The notes below the pieces were generated by a model that saw nothing but the letters and a program-made list of their open reading frames with translations, had not been told where the DNA came from and made no database searches. From [Archangium] primigenium (lineage in GTDB: Bacteria; Myxococcota; Myxococcia; Myxococcales; Myxococcaceae), in contig NZ_JADWYI010000001.1 in NCBI RefSeq assembly GCF_016904885.1, positions 7,305,224 to 7,369,223 of the forward strand: 64,000 bases of DNA, written 5' to 3'. The position numbers were made by a program, and so were the translations under genes. Below, piece after piece: positions 46,779 through 56,000 of this stretch (the stretch's first letter is position 1; each line of letters opens with the position of its first letter).

Positions 46779-48417
46779 TCGAAGGCCCCGGTTCAAGCAG
46801 TTTTGCTTCCATTTCGGCGTGACTCAGTTTGCTAATATCCCAGGCGGATCCCCAATCAGGTTCTCCAATGCTCATCGCGCCATCGTCCTTGCTCTTAAAT
46901 TCCCGGTCTTTAAGGAAGGCACGCCAATAGAGCCGCGGCGCAACACCAGTGAAAGGAAGGAATGGGATTTTCTTCCCTTTTTCATGAGCCCGGTGACTAA
47001 TCGAATCACCATGAAGCTTTAGAGCGCGGCTTTTGGGGTAAGGCTCAATGTATTGAACCTCATCTACTCCAGCACTAACAATATGTCGGGCGCAGTAGTG
47101 ACAAGGATAAGTGGTTACAAACAGTCGACATCCCTGAGGAGAAGCACCCTGGCGCGCGGCACTCAGTAGGGCATCCATCTCGGCATGAACTGCACGACTA
47201 AACTCGATCAATTCTCCGACTGGGGAATTATCTCTAAGTTTGGCTTTAAGCGCGTCACGCTCTGCTGCGCTTAGCGGTTTTTCCTCGTGAATAACTTCGA
47301 GGACTTTCTCAATAATGTCGGCTTGCTCGCGAGTATTACTGCAGTACTTCTCGGGACGAAATGCGCAGCGATTATCGTTCGACGGTGCAATTTCGTCGGA
47401 ATCCTGAGCATACACGCCTCCCCCCGCCCTAGGGACTTCATTTGCTCCTGTCGAAACGATATTACCTGTCGCATCAATCAGGGCGGCCCCAACTTGACGA
47501 GACAAGCACGCGCTACGCATTTGGGCTCCATATGCCGCATGCATAGCCGTCTCGCTTGAAGTTGGTCGCTCAATACTCGATTGCGTAATTATACGCACCA
47601 ATCGAACCAGATGTTCATCTACTCGCCAGTTCGGATTATCTTTAAGCTGCCCCCCATCCTCTAGTTGACGCTCCTCACTATTATCAACAAAGAAGTCCGC
47701 TAGATGGAAGGCGTCCGAGACGCGCTGGCCGTGCTTCTTCTTTTTTGGGTCCTTCTCTTTAGCATCACGTTCCATGAACTTTTTGATGTGGACTTGACCC
47801 GCATCAGTAAATTTCGTCTTTTGCAAACGTTCCAGACGAATGTCTTCTTGACACACAACCCCAACAAGCGCGAATGCGTTCCGATACAAGCTTCGCAGCA
47901 GATGTGCTTCCGCCGGATGCCGTATAGCGTCGATGATGTAAGCGCGAGGTTTTCCATCTGGAAGAACAGCTCCAACGCCAGGGTTTTCTATACGTTGCAT
48001 TCGGGCCCTAGCCAGTCGGATTCTTTCGACCATCGAACGAGCGACAGCAGTAGCATCACTGCTGCGCATCTCATCTCCCCAATCCTGCAGATTGATAGCG
48101 TGCTTTAAATCTGTCTTTTTGGGCTCTTCTGTTAGTTTGCCGCTCCGGCGTGCCCAATCAACAATTACTTCTCGTGCCTTTAGCATCTCAACTTCGTAAC
48201 CCTTTCGGCTCGATAGTAGGTTTTGGAGTGCCTCGGCGATAAACGAGGTTCCTGAGCCGACATGGCCGACGACAGCGAAGACAAGTTCGTTGGACGCGTG
48301 CTCTTTGAACAGCTCTTGAGCGCCGGTACCCGGGCGCCTTCTACTTTGGAGGGACACAACGGTTTCGGCAGCGGACATGACGAAATCGTACCAGATTAAG
48401 ATGCTGGTTTCGGGCAC
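46771..48417 (-). CDS. kinase-like N-domain + CMP/dCMP-type zinc deaminase C-domain protein (dCTP-deaminase antiphage defense family candidate)
   Basis: N-terminal P-loop-like motif VFAVVGHVGSGTSFIAEAL. C-terminal zinc-deaminase motifs HAEMDAL...PCHYCARHIV. 548 aa. Low GC. Confidence 0.6.
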   Translation of the reverse strand: MPETSILIWYDFVMSAAETVVSLQSRRRPGTGAQELFKEHASNELVFAVVGHVGSGTSFIAEALQNLLSSRKGYEVEMLKAREVIVDWARRSGKLTEEPKKTDLKHAINLQDWGDEMRSSDATAVARSMVERIRLARARMQRIENPGVGAVLPDGKPRAYIIDAIRHPAEAHLLRSLYRNAFALVGVVCQEDIRLERLQKTKFTDAGQVHIKKFMERDAKEKDPKKKKHGQRVSDAFHLADFFVDNSEERQLEDGGQLKDNPNWRVDEHLVRLVRIITQSSIERPTSSETAMHAAYGAQMRSACLSRQVGAALIDATGNIVSTGANEVPRAGGGVYAQDSDEIAPSNDNRCAFRPEKYCSNTREQADIIEKVLEVIHEEKPLSAAERDALKAKLRDNSPVGELIEFSRAVHAEMDALLSAARQGASPQGCRLFVTTYPCHYCARHIVSAGVDEVQYIEPYPKSRALKLHGDSISHRAHEKGKKIPFLPFTGVAPRLYWRAFLKDREFKSKDDGAMSIGEPDWGSAWDISKLSHAEMEAKLLEPGPSNV

Positions 48418-48766
48418 ATCGGGGAAGTGCGCATTGAAGCAACGAACTCAACGCTGTCCCGTTCCGAACTCTCCATCAACCAGCGCGATGTAGGAAAAGG
48501 GGATTTGCGAACACACATAAGGCCACAGAACGAGCGAACGAAGTCCCCGAGCGAGACCTAATACTCGAAGAGGTTTCGGGGCTGCATTCTTGATGCCATG
48601 ACCACTCACGCTCTGATTTACGTAAGTCCCCGTAACTACTGTGGATGGAACGTACGCATTGAGCAATTTAGCGTTTTAAGGGGTTAAGCTTCGGGCGGCA
48701 GGCGGACGGATCAGGACAAAGAGCCGGACTCCTACAAATAGATTGAGTCCTATGTGTTCCCATAAA

Positions 48767-49056
48767 CTACGGCGCCGAGGGCGTGGCGATGCGCGCGGGC
48801 TGGGGAATGCCGGGCATCAGGGGCGTGGGGTTGAGCGCGAGCACGAGCAGGCTGCGCAGCGCGTCCTTCAAGTCCTCGCCCACGCTGACCGAGCCCGCGG
48901 GCGCGTCCTGGAGCTCGGGCGGCACCTCGTGGCCCAGCACCACCACCGGCAGGCGGATGTCCCAGGCGAGGAAGTGCGCGAGCTTCACCGCCGCCTCGGT
49001 GGTGTCGAACAGGAGCGCTCCCACCGCCCCGGAGCTGAAGGGCCGCCACAGGGGCC
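48767..49056. repeat. right 290-bp direct repeat (3' end of the intact response-regulator gene)
   Basis: See the left repeat. Confidence 0.85.
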
Positions 49057-50269
49057 GGGCCGCCTCGGCGGGCGGCAGCACGCAGAAGTCCAGGTGCAGC
49101 AGCTCGTTGAGCTCCATGCGGCCGAGCGTGCCGAAGCCGCTGCGCACCGCGGGCGGCTCGGCGGCCACGGCGGCGAGCTCCGCGAGCTGGGAGAGCACCC
49201 GCCGGGCCACGGCCGGGCCGCTGCCACACACGAAGAGCTTCGCGGTGGCCTCGCGCGACACGCCCCGGCCCCGGAGGATGCGGCCGCGCAGCGCGTGCAG
49301 CTCGGCGGGCGCGAGCAGGGGCGCGCTGGTGCCGGCGTCCGCGTCGCCCTCGGCCATGCGCGCCACGCCCTTCTGCAAGAGCGCGTGCAGCACGCCCACC
49401 ACTTCCAGATCCGTGGCGGGCGCCAGGTCCAACACCTCGTTCACGGCCCGGGGCTGGCGCAACAGCTCCACCACCTGCGCCGTCACCGGGTGCTGGTCGC
49501 CCGCCAGGTCCATGTCCGGCGCGAGCACCAGGCGCGTGTGGCGCGGCGGCAGGCCGGGCAGCAGCCGGTTCACCTCGTCCGCCTGGCGCATGGCCTCCAG
49601 CAGCGCGCTGTCCATGGCCCGCTGGATGCGCGGCTTGCCGGAGGTATTGCCGGGCGCGAAGGTGAAGGTGCCCTCGGTCCACACGAGCAGCCGGAACAGG
49701 GCCTTCTCCCCTTCCGCGCGGCCCACCCGGGCGTTGAAGGGGCGACCCTCCACCACGACGATCTCCCCGCGCTCGTTGCCCCGCTCCAGCGTCAGCTTGC
49801 CGCTGCGCTTGTTCATCCCGAGGATCTGCATCAGGTCCGGGATGCTCAGCTGGCTCAGCGAGCCCTCGATCTCCTGGGCCTCGCTCTTGAGATCCTTGGC
49901 CGCGTCGCTGCGGCGGAAGACGTGCTCGATGCGCGAGAGCACCTCGTCCAGGTTGAAGGGCTTGCGCAGGAAGCCATCGCGCAGGCCGCGCATCTTGTCG
50001 GCCTCGAGCTGGCTGGTGGACACCACCACGGGGATGTCGTCCGTGCGCGGGTTGGTGTGCAGGATGTTGATGAAGGTGCGCGCGTCCAGCATCCGGCACG
50101 CCTCGTCGAAGAGGATGAGGTCGGGGTGGCGCAGCACGGCGACCTCCAGCGCGCGCGAGCCGTCCGGCGCGTAGTGCACCTGGTAGCCGCGGGTGCGCAG
50201 GGCGCGCGACAGCGGACGGACGGACTCGAGGTCGGGGTCGGCGATGAGGATTTTTCGGACCTGGGCCAT
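48767..50269 (-). CDS. response regulator with receiver domain + DUF4388 (PatA-like) domain + C-terminal uncharacterised domain
   Basis: Receiver (KILIADPDLESV...DLILFDE...KPF). DUF4388-like segment (LSQLSIPDLMQILGMNKRSGKLTLERGNERGEIVVVEGRPFNARVG). Confidence 0.7.
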   Translation of the reverse strand: MAQVRKILIADPDLESVRPLSRALRTRGYQVHYAPDGSRALEVAVLRHPDLILFDEACRMLDARTFINILHTNPRTDDIPVVVSTSQLEADKMRGLRDGFLRKPFNLDEVLSRIEHVFRRSDAAKDLKSEAQEIEGSLSQLSIPDLMQILGMNKRSGKLTLERGNERGEIVVVEGRPFNARVGRAEGEKALFRLLVWTEGTFTFAPGNTSGKPRIQRAMDSALLEAMRQADEVNRLLPGLPPRHTRLVLAPDMDLAGDQHPVTAQVVELLRQPRAVNEVLDLAPATDLEVVGVLHALLQKGVARMAEGDADAGTSAPLLAPAELHALRGRILRGRGVSREATAKLFVCGSGPAVARRVLSQLAELAAVAAEPPAVRSGFGTLGRMELNELLHLDFCVLPPAEAARPLWRPFSSGAVGALLFDTTEAAVKLAHFLAWDIRLPVVVLGHEVPPELQDAPAGSVSVGEDLKDALRSLLVLALNPTPLMPGIPQPARIATPSAP

Positions 50270-50283
50270 GGGACGCTCGCGAG

Positions 50284-52134
50284 TCAGTACGGCTGCAGGT
50301 CGTACTCGGCCTGCAGGCGGGTGATGAGCCCATCCACCACGGCGGTGTCGGACGAGTGGAAGCCCCAGGTGGCGCCGAGCCCCCGGCGCTGGATGAGCGC
50401 GTAGGCGGCGTTCTCCGACAGCCAGAGGATGAACTCGTGGCGGCCCATGCGCTCGTCGCCCTCGAGGAACACCGGGGTGAGCGCGCGGTGCGACTCCAGG
50501 TCCACGCGCCGCCCGAGCAGGTAGATGCGCGAGGCCAGGTCGGGCGAGGCCGACTCCAGCCCCTGGGCGATGGGCAGGTCCGAGCGGATCTCCGGGCCGC
50601 CCACGTAGAGCAGGCCGCGCGAGCTCGGGTCGCGCATCAGCTCCCGGGCGATCTCCGTCTGCAGCTCGTCGAAGAGCACGTCGGACACCTTGCCCCGGCG
50701 GCTCGGCTCGGCGTGCTCCTCCACCGGCAGCTTGGGGCTGGAGGCGTTGCCCAGCAGCAGGTCCACCTCGTCCCAGAAGGGCAGCGTGTCGAGCATCAGC
50801 TTGCGCTGCAGGGAGGCGCGCCGCTCGTCCATGCGCCGGCGGCAGCGGTACATCAGCTCGTCGAAGTCCTCGCCGTCCTTGGGGAAGGTGCTCGCCCCGC
50901 CCACGAGCGCCAGCGGCAGCCGCGCCTCCACCTCCTGGGCCTCGGGCTCCTCGCGCACGGCCGCCAGGGCGCGGCGCACGAACATCATCGCGCCGAAGAA
51001 GTCCGTCTCCGGCAGCAGCAGGTAGAACTCCTGCTCGCTCGCCTTGGCGATGACGTCCGAGTCGCGCACGATGCGCGAGAGCGCCTTGATGATGCCGCGC
51101 ACCGCGAGCTTGGCGTCCGCGGGCCCCAGGCGCATGCGCACCAGGGGCAGGTTGTCCACGGAGAAGGTCAAGAGCGAGAACATGCGGCCGTAGCGGCGCG
51201 CCTTGTAGATTTCCTTGGAGGCGTAGTCGGTGAAGTAGCTGAGGTTGTACGCGGCGGTGTCCCGGTCGCGCAGGCCCAGCCGCTGCAGGGCCAGCATCTT
51301 GCGCCCGTTCTTCACGCCCACCGCCGCCGAGTCCCCGAGGATCTTCGCGTAGCGCAGGTGCTCGATGCGGAAGTCCCCGGCGAGCGGATCCGACAGCTGG
51401 GCGAGGCCCATCAGCTCCCCGTTGCTCACGAAGGGGACATAGAGGATGGGCGTCTTGCCCTCGCGCACCACCCAGGGCAGGGCCTCGCGCATGCGGTTGC
51501 CCAGCGGGCCTTCCGGGCTCAGCCGGTCCGCGAGGAAGTGGCGGTCGAGCAGGCCCCGGTAGGCGCGCAGCACCAGGGGGCCCCGATCATCGGAGATCCA
51601 CAGCGCGGCGCTCTGGGCGTCACACACGGAGGCCAGCTCCGCGGCCACGCGCTCCTGCAACCACTCCAGGTCCGGCTGGGAGAGGAACTCCAGGCAGCGC
51701 TGGTGCAGGTCCTGGTAGCGGGCGAACTCCAGGTTCTCGTTCTGCAACTGGGCGCGCTCGTGGCGCAGCTGGGCGCGCTCCAGGCTGCGCTCGGTGGCCA
51801 GCAGCAGGTCCGCCTCGTCCACGGGCTTGGTGAGCACCACGGACACGCCCGCGCTCAGGGCCATGGTGGAGCCCTTCACGTCCGTGCGCGTGCTCACGAG
51901 GATGACTTCCTGCGCGGGGTCGTGCTCGCGCAGCCGCTCGGTGAGCGCGAGTCCGTCCATGCCGGGCATCACCACGTCGGAGATGACCAGATCGAAGGCC
52001 TCGCGGCCCGCCACCTCCAGCGCCTCGGCGGCGCTCGCCGCGGAGACGACGCGGTAGCCCCGCTTGGTGAGCATGTCGGAGGCGACCTGCCGGAAGAAGT
52101 TGTCGTCGTCGACGACGAGGATGGGACCGGCCAC
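50284..52134 (-). CDS. response regulator receiver-GAF-GGDEF-like(degenerate)-C-terminal sensory domain protein
   Basis: Receiver (ILVVDDDNFFRQ...DLVISDVVMPGMDG). GAF-like middle region. GGDEF-like region lacking an obvious GG(D/E)EF motif (FSLLTFSVDN). Confidence 0.65.
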   Translation of the reverse strand: MAGPILVVDDDNFFRQVASDMLTKRGYRVVSAASAAEALEVAGREAFDLVISDVVMPGMDGLALTERLREHDPAQEVILVSTRTDVKGSTMALSAGVSVVLTKPVDEADLLLATERSLERAQLRHERAQLQNENLEFARYQDLHQRCLEFLSQPDLEWLQERVAAELASVCDAQSAALWISDDRGPLVLRAYRGLLDRHFLADRLSPEGPLGNRMREALPWVVREGKTPILYVPFVSNGELMGLAQLSDPLAGDFRIEHLRYAKILGDSAAVGVKNGRKMLALQRLGLRDRDTAAYNLSYFTDYASKEIYKARRYGRMFSLLTFSVDNLPLVRMRLGPADAKLAVRGIIKALSRIVRDSDVIAKASEQEFYLLLPETDFFGAMMFVRRALAAVREEPEAQEVEARLPLALVGGASTFPKDGEDFDELMYRCRRRMDERRASLQRKLMLDTLPFWDEVDLLLGNASSPKLPVEEHAEPSRRGKVSDVLFDELQTEIARELMRDPSSRGLLYVGGPEIRSDLPIAQGLESASPDLASRIYLLGRRVDLESHRALTPVFLEGDERMGRHEFILWLSENAAYALIQRRGLGATWGFHSSDTAVVDGLITRLQAEYDLQPY

Positions 52135-52173
52135 GGCGGGACACTCGGCGAGCAGGAGTGGAGACCCCGCAGG

Positions 52174-53025
<852 letters not shown>

Positions 53026-53040
53026 GGGCGATGACTCACT

Positions 53041-56000
53041 TCAGCCGGGCTCCTCGGATTTCGAGGAGGGGGAGGCGGGCGACGATGTTCCCCCCTTGGG
53101 GCGGCGAAGCAACTCATTCTTCACCGCGTTGAGTTCGGCGTTGGCCCGCGCGTAGATATCCTGGACGGAGTCCGGCGCCCGTGCCAGGGCGGTGGGCGGG
53201 GCCTCCAGGGACAAGAGGCGCTCCTCGGCCCGCTCCCGGGCCGCCTGCGCCTCGGCGAGCTCGGTCTTGAGCTGCTCGGACTCGGCGGAGAGCCGGGCCG
53301 TGTCCGCCTCCAGTCGCGCCAGCCGCTCCTCGGCGGCGACCCGCGCCGCGCGCGCCTCCTCCAGCGCCGTCTCGAGCGAGGTGGCCTTGCCCGCGATGCG
53401 CCGGGCCGTCTCCAGCTTCACGGCCAGCAGGTCCTGGTGCTCGCTCTCCGAGGAGAGCTTGGCCTTGGTCTCGACGAGCTGCGTCTGGAGGTCCTCCACC
53501 AGCAACTCGCGCTCGCGCAGGGTCATGTGGGCCTGCTGCAGGGCCATGGAGGCCTGATGGGCCTGGAAGCGGAAGGCCTCCAGCTGGGTGGCGGCCTCGC
53601 GCGCCTGGGTGAGCTCCTCGCGCAGCCCCTCCAGCTCCATGCGCGACTCCACGGCCTCGCGCTTGCGGGCCTCGCGCTCCAGGGTGGTGGCGGCCTCGCG
53701 CGCCTGGGCGGTGGCGAGCGTGTCCCGCTCCGAGGCGAGCCGGACCTCGAGCGACTCGACGAGCTGCCGGAGCACCCCGCGCGACGCCTCCAGCTCCGCC
53801 CGCTCCGACCGGGCGGCCTCCAGCTCGGCGCGCACCGCGGCCAGCACGGACTCGGCCTCCTCACGCTCGGCGGCGAACAGGCCTTCCGTCTCGGCGCGCT
53901 GGCGCCGCTCGGTGTCCAGCTCCGCCTGGAGCCGGGCCAGCGACTCGCGCTCCTCCGCCTGGGCCGTGCCCAGCGCCGCCTCGGCCCGCGCCCGCGTCTC
54001 GCGCTCCACGTCCCACGCGGCGCTCATGGACGCCAGGGAGGTCTCGAGCTCGGCGCGCTGCTTGCGTTCGGTGCCCAGCTCCGCCTGGAGCTTCGCGCGG
54101 GACACCTCGACCCGGGCCTTGCCCGCGCGCTCCGCGTCGAGCTCGGCGCTCCACTCCGCCTGGGCGCGCGCCTGGGCCTCGTCCTTCTCCTCGAGCGCCA
54201 CCTCGAGCGCGGCGCGCCGCCGCTGTTCGGCCGCGAGTTCCTCCTGGAAGATGGACAGGGAGCGGGTGCCGTCGGCGCGCTGCTCGCGCTCGCCCTCCAG
54301 CTCCACGCGCGCCTGGGTCAGCGCGTCCTCGGCGAACACGCGCTGCTCGCGCTCGCCCTCCAGCTCCTCGCGGGCCGCCGCGAGTTGGGACCGCTCGGCG
54401 GCGAGGGCCGCGTCCCGCCCGGCCAACGACGCCTCGGCCTCGGAGCGTCGCAGCCGCTCGGCCTCCAGCGCCTCGTCCTTGCCGGTGAGCGAGGCATCCG
54501 TCTCGGCGAGCCGCAGCCGCTCGGTGTCCCGCTCCGACCGGACGCGGGACAGGGACTGCTCGGCCCGCTCGCGCTGCTCGCGCTCGGCCTCCAGCTCGGA
54601 GCGGGTGCCCGTGAGCGACTCCTCCGCGAACGCGCGCCGCTCGCGCTCGGCCTCGAGCTCCCCCTCGGTGTTCGCCAGGGACACCTCGACGTCCGCGCGC
54701 TGGCGCTGCTCCGCCTCCAGTTCCTGCTGGGTGAGCCCCCACGAGGCCTCGGCGCGGGCCCGGTGCGCGCGCTCGGTGGCCAGCGAGGCCTCCCACGAGG
54801 TCGTGCTCTCGGTGCCGCGCCGCCGCTCGGCCTCCAGCGCCTCACGGGCCTGGGCGAGAGCCTCCTCCGAGCCGCTCCGGGCCCCCTGCTCCGCCTCCAG
54901 CGCGATCCGAAGCTCCGCCAGGGCCTCGTCCACCTGGGCGCGCTGGCGCCGCTCGGCCTCCAGCCCCCGCTGGGCCTCCGCGAGGGCCGCCTCCACCTGG
55001 GCACGCTGCTGCCGGCCCGTCTTCACGACGCCCCGCGTCTCCTCCAGGGCCTCGTCGACCTGGGCACGCTGCTGCCGCTCGGCGTCCAACGTCCCCTGGA
55101 TCTCCAGCAGGGCCGCCTCGACCTGGGCGCGCTGCCGCTGCTCGGCTTCCACCGTGGCCTGGAGCGCGAGCAGGCCCGTATCCCCTTGGGCACGCTGTTG
55201 ACGCTCGGCCTTCAATGCCTCCTGAAGCGCGCGCAGCTCCGCGTCCCGCTGGGCGCGCTGTTGACGCTCTGCCTCCAGCGCCGCCTGGAGTTCGCGCGAG
55301 CCCGCGTCCCCCTGGGTCCGCTGCCGCCGCTCGGCCTCCAGGGCCTCCTGGAGCTCGCGCGCGCCCGCCTCGAGGTGGGCGCGCTGCTGCCGCTCGGCCT
55401 CCAGGGCCTTCTGGAGCTTCGTGCCCTCCTCGAGCGCCAGGAGCCGCCGCTGGTGTTCGGCCTTGGCCTCGGCGCGCACGCGCGCGAGCTGCTCCTGGGC
55501 CTCGGCCATGTGCTGGCGCTCGGTGGTGAGGCCTGCCTGGAGCTGGGTGAACGACGCATCCAGGGCCGCGCGGGCCTCGACCTCCAGGGAGAGCTCCACG
55601 TGGGCCCGGTCCCGCTCCACCTCGGCCTGGAGCCGGGCGTCCCGCTCGGCGGAGATGCCGCCCTGGGTCGCCTGGAGTTCGCCGTCGAGTCGGGCGATGG
55701 ACTCCACGTCCGAGGCGCGCACCCGCTCCAGCTCCGCGAGCGAGGCCTCGACCTCGGCCAGGCGCCGCCGCAGCACGCCGCGCTCGTCCGCCCAGTCCTG
55801 CCGCTGCTCCTTCAAGGCGGCGACGGAGTGCGTGGCCTCCTCGCGCGCGGCCTCCTCCATCCGGAGCTGATGCTCGAGCGCGGCGGCGGCCTGCTCCAGG
55901 GCCTCGCGCGCGGAGCGCTCGCGGGACGCCTCGTCCCGGGCCTCCTGCGTGCGGGCCCGCTCCTCGGTGAGGGCCCGCGCCAGCCGCTGCTCGGCGTGCT

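Larger units (their letters stand above)
46105..48766. mobile_element. low-GC genomic islet (defense islet) bounded by the 290-bp direct repeats; no integrase or transposase detected
   Basis: GC drops to about 45-52% against about 70% outside. Carries two minus-strand genes. The flanking repeats resemble attL/attR made by integration into a gene's 3' end. Confidence 0.45.

Noticed and set aside
46105-48766. Calling the low-GC islet a prophage or transposon
   Set aside because: No integrase, transposase, terminal inverted repeats or phage structural genes are present. Only the flanking direct repeats support mobility, so it is reported as an islet with an unknown mechanism.
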